From positions 136 to 64,135 of the forward strand of contig JALOQJ010000005.1 of assembly GCA_025453445.1 (NCBI GenBank): a stretch of 64,000 bases of DNA, written 5' to 3'. The notes beneath the pieces are model-generated. The model saw nothing but the letters and a program-made list of their open reading frames with translations, was not told where the DNA came from and did not search any database. Each line of letters opens with the position of its first letter. Position 1 is the first letter of the stretch. Position numbers and translations under genes: made by a program. Origin of the DNA: Candidatus Omnitrophota bacterium. GTDB lineage: Bacteria; Omnitrophota; Gorgyraeia; Gygaellales; Profunditerraquicolaceae. Shown here piece after piece: positions 8,694-19,708 of the stretch.

Positions 8694-10886
8694 ATGGTAA
8701 CAAAGCCTAAAAAAATAAAACCTAAAGTTAAAAAAATTTCAGCGGTAAAGCACAAGCCGGAAGCAAAAAAAGCTGTTCCTAGGGCCAGCCGGCCCAAGCC
8801 AACAGCTAAGCCCCAGGTTAAGCCTAAGCTGGAAAAAATAATAAAGTCAACGAAGCCAAAAGTTATGCCTGTTGTTAAGCCGCAGGTTAAACCGGAAATT
8901 AAAGTTGCAGTGAAGCCTGAAGTGAAGGTTGCATTAAAACAGGAAGTGAAGCATGTAGTAAGGCCGGAAGTTAAACCTGAACTGAAGCCGGTAGTTAAAC
9001 CGGTAATAAAACCAGAAGTAAAGCCGGAAATAAAATCAGAGCATAAACCGGAAATAAAGCCTGTAATTAAGCCGGAAATTAAACCGGAGATCAAGCAGGA
9101 ATTTAAGCAGCAGGTTAAAGAGACGGCACATTTAAAAGAATTGGTATTAAAATTTCCGGTTATTGTAAAAGACCTTGCCATAAAGCTTCAGGAGAAACCA
9201 TCGATATTAATCAAAATGCTCATGGATATGCGCATTATGGCAGGGATTAATCAGGCATTAGATGAGGAAGCAGCAGCAAAGATCTGTGAAAAATTCGGTT
9301 TTAAAATCATACCAGCGCCCGGTGAAGAAGAATTGGCATTACGTGTGCATCAGGAAGCGGATAAGCCGCAGTCTCTAAAAGCGCGGCCGCCGATAGTTAC
9401 TTTTATGGGCCACGTTGATCATGGAAAGACTTCGCTTCTGGATGCGGTAAGAAAAACCAAAGTTGCTGAGTCAGAACACGGCGGGATTACTCAGCATATC
9501 GGCGCCTACCGCGTGCATCTTCCCCACGGGGATATTACATTTTTAGATACGCCGGGGCATGAGGCGTTTACTGCTATGCGTGCGAGAGGAGCGAAGATTA
9601 CCGATATCGTAGTTTTGGTTGTTGCCGCGGACGATGGGATCATGCCTCAGACTAAAGAAGCAATTGATCATGCGCGCGCCGCCGGTGTTTCTATTATTGT
9701 TGCTGTAAACAAAATCGATAAGCCGCAGGCAGATCTTGACCGGGTAAAAAAACAACTTTCAGAAATGGATCTTTTAGCTGAAGATTGGGGTGGTAAAACC
9801 ATTACTGTCCCGGTTTCTGCTAAGACCGGTGCGGGTATAGATAATTTGCTGGAAATGATTATTCTGGAATCTCAGATGCTGGAATTAAAAGCCAATCCGG
9901 ATCGTGCAGCCAGGGGTGTTGTGGTAGAAGCAAAGATGTCTAAGGGGAAGGGGCCGGTGGCTACTCTATTAGTGCAGAATGGCACATTGCATTTAAATGA
10001 GTTTATTATCGTAGGCAATTTCCTTGGCAGGGTGCGCGCGATGTTTAATCATCTTGGCCAGGCTGTAGCTGAAGCAGGCCCGGCTTATCCGGTGGAGGCA
10101 TTGGGTTTGTCGGGAGTTCCTGATGCAGGCGAGCAATTTTTTGTGATTAGCGATGAGAAACAGGCAAAGGAAATAATTGCTTTGCGCCAAGAGCAGGAAA
10201 AACAGGCTCAGGTCAAGCAGGTTAAGCGTATCAATCTTGAAGAATTACATGCGCAGATTAAAGAAGGGAAAATCAAGGATCTGAAGCTGATTATTAAGGC
10301 AGATGTGCAGGGTTCTTTGGCGGCAATCAAAGATACGCTCGACAAAACCAATACTTCGGAAATTAAGTTAGATATTATCCATGAAGGCGTGGGTAATATT
10401 AATTCGTCGGATGTAATCCTGGCAGTTGCCTCTAACGCCCTGATTTTAGGTTTTAATGTAGTACAGGATGATTTAGCTAAAGTAATATCGGCAAAAGAAG
10501 GCGTGGATGTGCGCGTCTACAATATTATTTATGAATTAGCTAATGATATTAAAGCGGCAATTGAAGGCATGCTTGAGCCAAAAATTAAGAAAGTATTCCT
10601 GGGGAGAGTAGATATAAGGCAGGTTTTTAAGCTTTCTCGTTCAGGCATGGTAGCCGGCTGCTTTGTGAGTAAAGGTAAGATTACCCGGCAGGCGGTAATT
10701 AACCTGGTGCGTAACGGCGAGCTGATTTTTGAAGGTAAAATCAGTAACCTGAAACGTTTTAAAGATGATGTAAAAGAAGTGGCTGAGGGTTTTGAATGCG
10801 GGATTACTCTTAGCGGTTTTGACAGTATGCAGGCAGGCGATGTTATTGAGGCATATGATATAGAGAAAGTGGCGCGTAAGCTATGA
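8694..10886 (+). CDS. infB: Translation initiation factor IF-2 with a repetitive KP-rich N-terminal region
   Basis: G-domain motifs [20 protein letters not shown] and NKIDK. The N-terminus carries tandem [10 protein letters not shown]-type repeats. Confidence 0.95.
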   Translation: MVTKPKKIKPKVKKISAVKHKPEAKKAVPRASRPKPTAKPQVKPKLEKIIKSTKPKVMPVVKPQVKPEIKVAVKPEVKVALKQEVKHVVRPEVKPELKPVVKPVIKPEVKPEIKSEHKPEIKPVIKPEIKPEIKQEFKQQVKETAHLKELVLKFPVIVKDLAIKLQEKPSILIKMLMDMRIMAGINQALDEEAAAKICEKFGFKIIPAPGEEELALRVHQEADKPQSLKARPPIVTFMGHVDHGKTSLLDAVRKTKVAESEHGGITQHIGAYRVHLPHGDITFLDTPGHEAFTAMRARGAKITDIVVLVVAADDGIMPQTKEAIDHARAAGVSIIVAVNKIDKPQADLDRVKKQLSEMDLLAEDWGGKTITVPVSAKTGAGIDNLLEMIILESQMLELKANPDRAARGVVVEAKMSKGKGPVATLLVQNGTLHLNEFIIVGNFLGRVRAMFNHLGQAVAEAGPAYPVEALGLSGVPDAGEQFFVISDEKQAKEIIALRQEQEKQAQVKQVKRINLEELHAQIKEGKIKDLKLIIKADVQGSLAAIKDTLDKTNTSEIKLDIIHEGVGNINSSDVILAVASNALILGFNVVQDDLAKVISAKEGVDVRVYNIIYELANDIKAAIEGMLEPKIKKVFLGRVDIRQVFKLSRSGMVAGCFVSKGKITRQAVINLVRNGELIFEGKISNLKRFKDDVKEVAEGFECGITLSGFDSMQAGDVIEAYDIEKVARKL
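8874..9114 (+). repeat. In-frame tandem repeats inside infB, encoding (V/I)KPE(V/I)KP units
   Basis: The motif gttaaaccggaa / gtgaagcctgaa recurs with a 15-18-nt period. This is low-complexity coding sequence in the IF2 N-domain. Confidence 0.7.
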
Positions 10887-11869
10887 AGAAAAGAATATTG
10901 AGCGGGATGCGGCCAACAGGAAAATTGCACCTCGGCCATCTGGTAGGTGCTCTGGATAACTGGATAAAATTGCAGGATGAGTATGAATGTTTTTTTATGG
11001 TTGCTGATTGGCATGCTCTTATGGGCGAATATGAAAAACCGCAAATTTTGCCTGAGTTTATCATTGATAACGTTGCCGATTGGCTGAGTGCCGGAATTGA
11101 TCCAGAAAAAGCCGTTCTATTCATTCAGTCGCAAGTACCTGAGCATCTGGAATTACAGATGATTTTTTCCTGCCTGACGCCTTTAGGCTGGCTGGAAAGA
11201 TGCCCGACGTATAAAGAACAATTGCGTGAGGTAAAAACCCGTGACTTACATACATATGGTTTTTTAGGCTATCCTGTATTGCAGGCAGCAGATATCCTGC
11301 TTTATAAAGCAGGTAAGGTGCCGGTAGGGGAAGATCAGCTGCCGCATCTGGAACTCACCCGGGAAATTGCCCGGCGTTTTAACAGCCTATATAATCATGA
11401 AGTTTTTTCTGATCCGGGGGCGATATTAACCAAGACTCCGCGGCTTTTAGGCTTAGATGGCAGAAAGATGAGCAAAAGCTATGACAATACAATTAATCTT
11501 TCTGATTCCGAAGATATTATAAAAAAGAAAATTTCTAATATGATTACCGATCCGGAAAGGATCAAGCTTGTTGATCCGGGCCATCCATCGGTTTGTAATG
11601 TTTTTGCTTATTACGCGGTATTTTTTCCTGAAATGAAGGATGAGCTGCATAAAGCTTGCGCGGATGCGGGATTAGGCTGTGTAGAGTGCAAGAAACGGCT
11701 GGCTTCCTGTTTGATAGAATTATTAAAGCCGATCCAGAAAAAACGCCATGATTTTTTAAAAGATAAGCAAATGATTTTAAAGATTCTCGAAGATGGAAAG
11801 GCCAGGGCTTCGGCTGTTGCCAGTGCAACAATCAGAGAAGTAAAGGCTGCAATGAAATTATCCCTATGA
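10883..11869 (+). CDS. trpS: Tryptophanyl-tRNA synthetase
   Basis: Class I HIGH-type motif (TGKLHLGH) and KMSKS. Length is 328 aa. Confidence 0.95.
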   Translation: MKKRILSGMRPTGKLHLGHLVGALDNWIKLQDEYECFFMVADWHALMGEYEKPQILPEFIIDNVADWLSAGIDPEKAVLFIQSQVPEHLELQMIFSCLTPLGWLERCPTYKEQLREVKTRDLHTYGFLGYPVLQAADILLYKAGKVPVGEDQLPHLELTREIARRFNSLYNHEVFSDPGAILTKTPRLLGLDGRKMSKSYDNTINLSDSEDIIKKKISNMITDPERIKLVDPGHPSVCNVFAYYAVFFPEMKDELHKACADAGLGCVECKKRLASCLIELLKPIQKKRHDFLKDKQMILKILEDGKARASAVASATIREVKAAMKLSL

Positions 11870-12645
11870 GCTATAAAATAAAGTTAGAAATTTTTGAGGG
11901 GCCGCTGGATTTGCTTTTATACCTGGTGAAAAAAGACCACCTGAATATTTATGATATTCCGATTACTCAGGTGACGGATCAATACCTGCAATATATAGAA
12001 TTAATGCGGTTGTTGGACCTGAATATCGCCGGAGAATTTTTAGTAATGGCAGCGACTCTTCTGCAGATAAAATCAAAAATGCTCCTGCCTGCTGAAGAAA
12101 ATCAGCAGCCTGAGGAAGAAGTAGACCCGCGCGCAGAGCTGGTGAAGCGTTTACTGGAATACGAAAGATTCAAAGAAATTGCCGAAAATCTGCGGCAGAA
12201 AGAAATCAGCCAGCAGGAAGTTTTTAAGCGGCCCAAGGGCGAAGAGGCTGCAGCTGAACTGCCTAAAGAGCCGAAGGAAGTTTATTTTGAGGCGAGTATT
12301 TTTGATTTAATCAGTGCTTTTTCAAAAGCGCTGGAAGATATTCCAAAAGAAGTATTCTATGAGATTATTAAGGATGAATTTACGGTTGAGGAGAAAGTGC
12401 ATCAGATTCTGCATCTTTTACTGGTTGAGAATTCTACGCGGCTTTCGGATTTATTTGCTCAGGCAAAACATAAATTAGACATTATTGTTACTTTTCTTGC
12501 CGTTTTAGAGCTGATTCGCATGAAAGAAATTGTCGCCCGGCAAAAGGGCATATTCGATGAGATAGAGATTACCCGGAACAAGGAGAATATTATACCTTAT
12601 GACAAACGAGGGCAGGCTCAAATTACTGAAGGGCCGCAGCAATAA
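11866..12645 (+). CDS. scpA: Segregation and condensation protein A
   Basis: N-terminal FEGPLDLLLYLV kleisin motif and ScpA-sized product. Confidence 0.85.
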   Translation: MSYKIKLEIFEGPLDLLLYLVKKDHLNIYDIPITQVTDQYLQYIELMRLLDLNIAGEFLVMAATLLQIKSKMLLPAEENQQPEEEVDPRAELVKRLLEYERFKEIAENLRQKEISQQEVFKRPKGEEAAAELPKEPKEVYFEASIFDLISAFSKALEDIPKEVFYEIIKDEFTVEEKVHQILHLLLVENSTRLSDLFAQAKHKLDIIVTFLAVLELIRMKEIVARQKGIFDEIEITRNKENIIPYDKRGQAQITEGPQQ

Positions 12646-13678
12646 TACAGATCCGCTTAAAACCGCAAGCCCGGGGCAGGAGACTGAAGAGGATGTAGTA
12701 TTGAATATTTCTCTACGGCCGCAGAAGTTCACTGAATTTACCGGCCAAAAAGAAATTATTGATAACCTCAAAATCTGCCTTGCCGCAGCAAAAGAAAGAA
12801 AAGAGCCTTTAGAGCATATATTGCTTTCCGGGCCTCCGGGTTTGGGCAAGACTTCTTTATCACATATTATCGCCCATGAAATGGGCACAAAAATTACCGC
12901 TACCTCTGGCCCTGCGATTGAACGCGCCGGAGATTTAATCGGGATTCTTACTAATTTAGAAAAAGGCGATATCCTCTTTATTGATGAAATCCACCGGCTT
13001 TCCAAAGTGGTGGAAGAATTTTTGTACCCGGCAATGGAAGGTTTTCAGATTGATTTTGTCATTGATAAAGGCCAGTTTGCCCGGACAATTAAGTTCAACC
13101 TTAAGCCTTTTACTTTAATTGGTGCTACTACCCGCACCGGCCTCTTAGCTGCGCCGTTAAGGGCGAGGTTTGGTATTTTCCACCATCTGGATTTTTATAA
13201 AATAGAAGACCTGGCTGTAATTATTAAGCATTCCGCGAAAATTTTAGGTGTCGAGATAGATAACGAAGCTGCAGATGAAGTGGCCCGGCGTAGCCGCGGC
13301 ACGCCCCGCATTGCCAATCGGCTTTTACGCAGGATCCGGGATTATGCGCAGGTAAAGAAAATCGGCAAAATCAATCTAACAGTTGCTTCAGAAACGCTGG
13401 ATGAATTAGGTATTGATAAAGCAGGCCTCGATGATATAGACCGGCGGGTATTAAAAACAATTTTGCAAAATTACAGCGGCGGGCCGGTAGGCGTGGAGTC
13501 TCTGGCTGCTACTTTAAACGAAGAAACTGATACTATCGTGGATACAGTTGAGCCTTTTTTATTAAAAGCAGGCTATATTAAGCGCACTTCCCGCGGCAGG
13601 CTGGCTACCAAATTATCCTTCGAGCATTTCGGGTTAAAATACAATAAAGAGAAGCAGGAAGAGTTGTTTGAGAAGTAG
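12599..13678 (+). CDS. ruvB: Holliday junction ATP-dependent DNA helicase RuvB
   Basis: LRP...F..F.GQ N-terminal motif, Walker A GPPGLGKTSL, sensor and arginine-finger regions. No ruvA is adjacent, and the true start may lie downstream of the long overlap with scpA. Confidence 0.9.
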   Translation: MTNEGRLKLLKGRSNNTDPLKTASPGQETEEDVVLNISLRPQKFTEFTGQKEIIDNLKICLAAAKERKEPLEHILLSGPPGLGKTSLSHIIAHEMGTKITATSGPAIERAGDLIGILTNLEKGDILFIDEIHRLSKVVEEFLYPAMEGFQIDFVIDKGQFARTIKFNLKPFTLIGATTRTGLLAAPLRARFGIFHHLDFYKIEDLAVIIKHSAKILGVEIDNEAADEVARRSRGTPRIANRLLRRIRDYAQVKKIGKINLTVASETLDELGIDKAGLDDIDRRVLKTILQNYSGGPVGVESLAATLNEETDTIVDTVEPFLLKAGYIKRTSRGRLATKLSFEHFGLKYNKEKQEELFEK

Positions 13679-13699
13679 TTTCGCGTCTGCCTTGTCCAG

Positions 13700-13800
13700 T
13701 TTCTCGCTCATTGATATTGAGCGGGTCCTGTCTGCCGATCCACCTCGCCGTCCTCGCTATTCGCTGCGGGCGGCAAGGTCTTCGTCTCGGCAGTCACCCG
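13700..13800 (+). repeat. Diverged, truncated family-2-like GC-rich element
   Basis: It shares gagcgggtcctgtc, cctcgccgtcctcgct and cagtcacccgcaag with the 270-nt family-2 repeats at 21484 and 22851, in the same orientation. Confidence 0.4.
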
Positions 13801-13805
13801 CAAGC

Positions 13806-13837
13806 AATGAATTCGCTCGAAATCCGTCATATTCATT
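13806..13837. repeat. Mini-hairpin whose arms reproduce the family-1 terminal inverted repeats (aatgaattcg...catattcatt)
   Basis: AATGAAT and ATTCATT arms flank a 12-nt spacer and are near-identical to the AATGAATCTG / CAGATTCATT ends of the 237-nt element. Confidence 0.5.
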
Positions 13838-13879
13838 TAAAGCTTATATTAGCGGTTGGCTTGGCTGGGATTTCGAGTA

Positions 13880-13919
13880 CCACAGAGTAGCTGACGTTTA
13901 AACGTCAGCTACTCTGTGG
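13880..13919. repeat. 40-bp perfect palindrome (ccacagagtagctgacgttt|aaacgtcagctactctgtgg)
   Basis: Read directly from the sequence. The two 20-nt arms are perfect reverse complements with no loop. Confidence 0.95.
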
Positions 13920-13937
13920 ATAACTTTCAAGATTCCG

Positions 13938-13961
13938 CAAAAACACAGTCAAGACCCACGC
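13938..13961 (+). repeat. 21-nt motif copy (caaaaacacagtcaagacccacgc)
   Basis: It matches AAAACACAGACAAGACACACG with 2 mismatches, and the same motif recurs at 14228, 21500(rc), 22866(rc) and 23945. Confidence 0.8.
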
Positions 13962-13976
13962 TATGATAGGTTTTTA

Positions 13977-14213
13977 AATGAATCTGGCGCGTTTTCGAGC
14001 GAATGTTGATTTTAGGCAAAGCATGCTCGAGTATTTTTGGGAATTCCGATGCCCCGCGAATGCGGGGCAATATCGGAACGGCGATGCTGTTTGAGGACAT
14101 TTTGCGTATAGCGCAAAATGGCCGAGTTCAGCAGCCGCCAAAAATACGAGAGACCTTTGCCGGCCCCGAAGGGGCAAAATCGACTTTGAGCGAGAAAATG
14201 CGGCAGATTCATT
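13977..14213 (+). repeat. Family-1 GC-rich structured element, copy 1 (candidate ncRNA or MITE-like element)
   Basis: It is bounded by a 10-bp inverted repeat, AATGAATCTG...CAGATTCATT, that extends to a roughly 19-bp closing helix. Internal hairpins are ccccgc-gaat-gcgggg, cattttgcg-tata-cgcaaaatg and gccccgaaggggc. It is GC-rich against an AT-rich background. The second copy is at 23709. Confidence 0.8.
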
Positions 14214-14227
14214 AAGAGATACTTTAG

Positions 14228-14251
14228 AAAACACAGACAAGACACACGCGG
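14228..14251 (+). repeat. 21-nt motif copy (aaaacacagacaagacacacgcgg)
   Basis: Consensus copy, located 14 nt after the family-1 element and 15 nt before the queH start. Confidence 0.8.
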
Positions 14252-14265
14252 GACTATATAAACCT

Positions 14266-14799
14266 ATGAAACTATTACTACATATCTGTTGTGCGCCGTG
14301 CATGATTTATCCGCTTGAGAGCCTGTACAAGCAAAAAACTGAGGTGACGGGATTTTTTTATAATCCTAATATTTGTCCGTTACCTGAATATCAGAAACGA
14401 AGGCAGGCGATAGTAGATTTATCGACTGAGAATAAATGTGAAGTAATTTATTCTGAATACCTGCCGTCGGAATTCATGCAGGCAGTAGAGCTGAATAAAG
14501 AGCAGCCGGTCAGGTGTCTAATCTGCTGGCGGCTGCGGCTTGAGAAAACAGCTCAGGCTGCCAAGGACAAGGGATTTGATTCTTTTTCTACCACGCTCTT
14601 AGTCAGCCCTTATCAGGATCAGGAAGCGCTTAAAAAAATAGGTGAAGATATTGCCGAACAAGCCGGCGTGTATTTTCATTATGAAGATTTCCGGCCGGGG
14701 TTCAGGAAGGCGCATAATTTAGCGAAAGAAAAAGGAATCTATTGCCAGAATTACTGCGGCTGTATGTATTCGTATATGGAAAGATGCGAAAAAAAGTAA
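14266..14799 (+). CDS. queH: Epoxyqueuosine reductase QueH (DUF208)
   Basis: HICCAPC motif at the N-terminus and CxxC later in the protein. queA and tgt lie downstream. Confidence 0.8.
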   Translation: MKLLLHICCAPCMIYPLESLYKQKTEVTGFFYNPNICPLPEYQKRRQAIVDLSTENKCEVIYSEYLPSEFMQAVELNKEQPVRCLICWRLRLEKTAQAAKDKGFDSFSTTLLVSPYQDQEALKKIGEDIAEQAGVYFHYEDFRPGFRKAHNLAKEKGIYCQNYCGCMYSYMERCEKK

Positions 14800-15920
14800 A
14801 GATTTTTAAATTTGCTATATTTTTCATTTTTTGTTTTTTAGTCCCCGCACTTTATGCCCAAGCTGGTGAGGTTGTCCGTGTTGCCATTATTCAGGATGCG
14901 CAATCTCTGAGCCTGAAGGTGAAAGGGTTTTACGAAGTTGTTGATCCCAAGGATAATAAAGTTTTATATCGCGGCAAAGACTTATTAACCACTGTCACCG
15001 TCTATAAAAATGGTATTTTACTTGGTAAAATGGTATCTCGCTTAGATAAACTTTTGGTAAGAGCGGAGGATCCTTATGCAGTAATGATAAATGGCCGCAA
15101 GTTCAGGGGTGGTATCACGCTGGCTAAAAAAGATAATTTGCATTTATTAGTAGTGAATAGTATTGAGCTTGAGGATTATATTAAGGGTATTTTATACCAT
15201 GAAGCATCGCACTATTGGCCGCTTGAAGCATTAAAAGCGCAGGCAATTGCAAGCCGCAGTTACGCTGTTTATCAGAAGCAGGCAAGTAGTAGCCGCGATT
15301 TTGACCTGACCAGTGATGTGTATTCTCAGGTTTATGGCGGACGGACTTCTGAGCGTTACCGTACTAACATAGCAGTGGATGAGACAAAGGGAATGTTGTT
15401 AATGTACCAGGGTAAAATCCTGCCAGCCTATTTTCATGCTACCTGTGCGGGACATACTGAAGATGCAAACAGGCTTTGGAATATTAATATTGCGCCTTTA
15501 AAAGGGGTGGTTTGTAATTTTTGCCAGGAATCGCCGCATTTTTTCTGGCATGTGGTTTTAAGTTTAGAAGAAATTGAGAAAAAATTAAAGGGCACTAATT
15601 ATGCTATGAATAATATAGAAGGAATTATTGTTGTGGATAGGGATCAGTCGAATCGTATCATTAACCTGAAGCTATTCAACAAAGATAAGTCTAAGAAAAT
15701 CCCGGCAAAAGATTTCCGGAGTTTAATCGGAGCAGATATCATCAGAAGCACGAATTTTCAGCTGGATATTGCCGGTAAAGACGTTGTAATCGAAGGCAAG
15801 GGTTGGGGGCATGGCGTGGGTTTATGCCAGTGGGGGGCTTATTTTATGGCTAAAAACGGCTCCACTTATCAGGATATCCTCGCATATTATTATCCGGGCA
15901 GCGTAGTTAATTCCCAATGA
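14784..15920 (+). CDS. SpoIID/LytB-domain protein (amidase enhancer family), secreted
   Basis: Signal peptide after the M at 14784, and the C-terminal WGHGVGLCQWGA SpoIID signature. Confidence 0.8.
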   Translation: MRKKVKIFKFAIFFIFCFLVPALYAQAGEVVRVAIIQDAQSLSLKVKGFYEVVDPKDNKVLYRGKDLLTTVTVYKNGILLGKMVSRLDKLLVRAEDPYAVMINGRKFRGGITLAKKDNLHLLVVNSIELEDYIKGILYHEASHYWPLEALKAQAIASRSYAVYQKQASSSRDFDLTSDVYSQVYGGRTSERYRTNIAVDETKGMLLMYQGKILPAYFHATCAGHTEDANRLWNINIAPLKGVVCNFCQESPHFFWHVVLSLEEIEKKLKGTNYAMNNIEGIIVVDRDQSNRIINLKLFNKDKSKKIPAKDFRSLIGADIIRSTNFQLDIAGKDVVIEGKGWGHGVGLCQWGAYFMAKNGSTYQDILAYYYPGSVVNSQ

Positions 15921-16906
15921 AATTAGCAGAATTCGATTATCATTTACCCAAAGAATTAATTGCGCAATATCCTCTGAAGGAGCGCGATGAAGCACGGCTT
16001 TTAGTCGTGCATCGTGCTGACGGAAAAATCGAACATTGCTCTTTTAAGGATTTTACCGGATATTTATCCGCAGATGACCTGTTGGTTTTAAATAATACAA
16101 AGGTTCTTGCCAGCCGCCTGGAAGGAAAGCGTAAAACCGGCGGCAGGGTGGAAGTTTTACTTCTAAAGAGAAATGCGGATTCTATATTTCATGCTTTAAT
16201 TAAGCCGGCTAGGCTGAAATTAAACGAAGAAATATTATTTAATCATGGCAGCCTTAAGGCTGTGATTGTTGGCCGCCAAGAGATACGCTTTAGCGATTGC
16301 CAGACAGGTAAAATTTATGATTACGGCCAGATGCCGCTTCCGCCGTATATCAAAAGAAAACCCGAAGCTTTAGATAGCGTTTATTATCAGACGATTTATG
16401 CAAAGCATGCCGGAGCAGTGGCTTCTCCTACCGCAGGCCTGCATTTTACCGATGAAATACTTAAAAATATTGCGAGTAAAGGCATCAATATTGCTTATGT
16501 TACTTTGCATGTAGGCCATGGTACATTCAAGCCGGTTGTAGCGGAAGATATTAAAGAACATAAAATGGAAGGCGAAGATTTTTTTATTGATGATCAGGCG
16601 ATCGGCCTAATAAATCAAGCCCGTGAAAAAAAAGGAAAAATTTTCAGCGTTGGCACTACCTCTAGCCGGGCGCTGGAAACATTAGCAGGCGGTAAAAAAG
16701 AAGGATCAACTAATCTTTTTATCTATCCGGGCTATAAATTTAAAATGGTTGATTGCCTGTTGACTAATTTTCATTTGCCGCGCACGACTTTATTTATGCT
16801 GGTCTGTGCATTCTCCGGCGAGAAGCTCGCTAAAGAGGCTTATGCAAAGGCGATTGAACAAAAATACCGTTTTTATAGCTATGGCGATGCGATGCTGATT
16901 CTTTAA
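15917..16906 (+). CDS. queA: S-adenosylmethionine:tRNA ribosyltransferase-isomerase
   Basis: MKLAEFDYHLPKELIAQYP N-terminus typical of QueA, and the full length of 329 aa. Confidence 0.9.
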   Translation: MKLAEFDYHLPKELIAQYPLKERDEARLLVVHRADGKIEHCSFKDFTGYLSADDLLVLNNTKVLASRLEGKRKTGGRVEVLLLKRNADSIFHALIKPARLKLNEEILFNHGSLKAVIVGRQEIRFSDCQTGKIYDYGQMPLPPYIKRKPEALDSVYYQTIYAKHAGAVASPTAGLHFTDEILKNIASKGINIAYVTLHVGHGTFKPVVAEDIKEHKMEGEDFFIDDQAIGLINQAREKKGKIFSVGTTSSRALETLAGGKKEGSTNLFIYPGYKFKMVDCLLTNFHLPRTTLFMLVCAFSGEKLAKEAYAKAIEQKYRFYSYGDAMLIL

Positions 16907-18735
<1,829 letters not shown>

Positions 18736-18743
<8 letters not shown>

Positions 18744-19092
18744 AATCAAAATGATTGAACAGGAAGTGACAAAAAAAGAAATGCCGAAGTTTAATGTCGG
18801 CGATACGGTAAAGGTGTTGACTAAGATCCCTGAAGGCCCGGATAAGATCCGCCTGCATCCTTTTGAGGGCATAGTAATTGCCAAGCAGGGTAGTGGCGTG
18901 CGCACATATTTTACGGTGAGAAAAGTTTCTTACGGCGAAGGTATTGAGCGGGTTTTCCCTTTATATTCTCCGAATATCGAACGCATTGAAATTCTTCGTT
19001 CTGGTAAAGTACACAGGGCTAAACTTTATTATTTAAGGGGTAAAGTCGGTAAACAAGCCACGAAGATCGAATCGCAGGACGGAACAAAATAA
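18736..19092 (+). CDS. rplS: 50S ribosomal protein L19
   Basis: Sequence and size match L19, and the gene follows trmD. Confidence 0.95.
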
Positions 19093-19105
19093 AACTTTTT
19101 TAAGA

Positions 19106-19708
19106 GTGCTCTATTACGAGCGTTATTTTAAGAAAAAAGGTTTTGATTTAATTATCGGGGTTGATGAGGCAGGCCGCGGCCCGCTGGCTGGCCCGGTAGT
19201 GGCAGGGGCAGTGCTTTTAAAAAGTACGCGTTTTAAAAATCGTATTGACGATTCCAAAAAATTAACCGCCCTGCAAAGAGAAAAAGCTTATCCAGAAATT
19301 GTCGCTAAGTCTGTTTTTGGCCTGGGGATTATAGGCGAAGATGAAATTGACCGCGTGAATATCCTTGTAGCAACAGGCATGGCAATGGAGGAGGCGATAC
19401 GGTCTTTGTTAAAGAAGCTCGATCCCTACAAAAAAAATAATATCCATGTCCTTGTTGACGGCGATGTTAAGCTTAATTTAGGCCTTCCCTATACTAATAT
19501 TATCAGAGGCGATCAAAAATCAAAAAGCATTGCCTGCGGATCTATCATGGCAAAAGTCACCCGGGACAGGATGATGGTTTTTTATGACACGCTCTATCCA
19601 GAGTATGGTTTTCTGCAGCATAAGGGATATCCTACAAAAACACATAAAGCGGCAATAAAAAAATTCGGCCTTTCCCGGATACACAGGGCCACATTTTCCA
19701 GTGTCTGA
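19106..19708 (+). CDS. rnhB: Ribonuclease HII
   Basis: GVDEAGRGPLAGPVV active-site motif. Confidence 0.9.
   Translation: MLYYERYFKKKGFDLIIGVDEAGRGPLAGPVVAGAVLLKSTRFKNRIDDSKKLTALQREKAYPEIVAKSVFGLGIIGEDEIDRVNILVATGMAMEEAIRSLLKKLDPYKKNNIHVLVDGDVKLNLGLPYTNIIRGDQKSKSIACGSIMAKVTRDRMMVFYDTLYPEYGFLQHKGYPTKTHKAAIKKFGLSRIHRATFSSV

Noticed and set aside
8294-9181. 295-aa ORF on the - strand antisense to nusA/infB
   Set aside because: It is a low-complexity Gly/Ser/Thr/Phe-rich translation of the reverse strand of the Lys/Glu/Pro-rich nusA tail and the IF2 KPE repeats. It has no RBS and no family resemblance, so it is an antisense shadow ORF.
13977-14213. Family-1 element as a retron msr/msd
   Set aside because: The a1/a2-like inverted ends fit a retron, but no reverse transcriptase gene follows either copy. 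queH and metF follow instead. The retron call is unsupported.
13668-14303. ORFs 13668-13901(+), 13974-14303(-), 14003-14215(+) and 14012-14245(-) inside the ruvB-queH repeat cluster
   Set aside because: They are open frames through GC-rich repeat sequence. Copies 1 and 2 of the element differ by indels and by paired changes on both arms of hairpins. Conservation therefore tracks structure. Only one - strand frame, GRQRSLVFLAAAEL...FARKR, stays open in both copies, and it has no start context.
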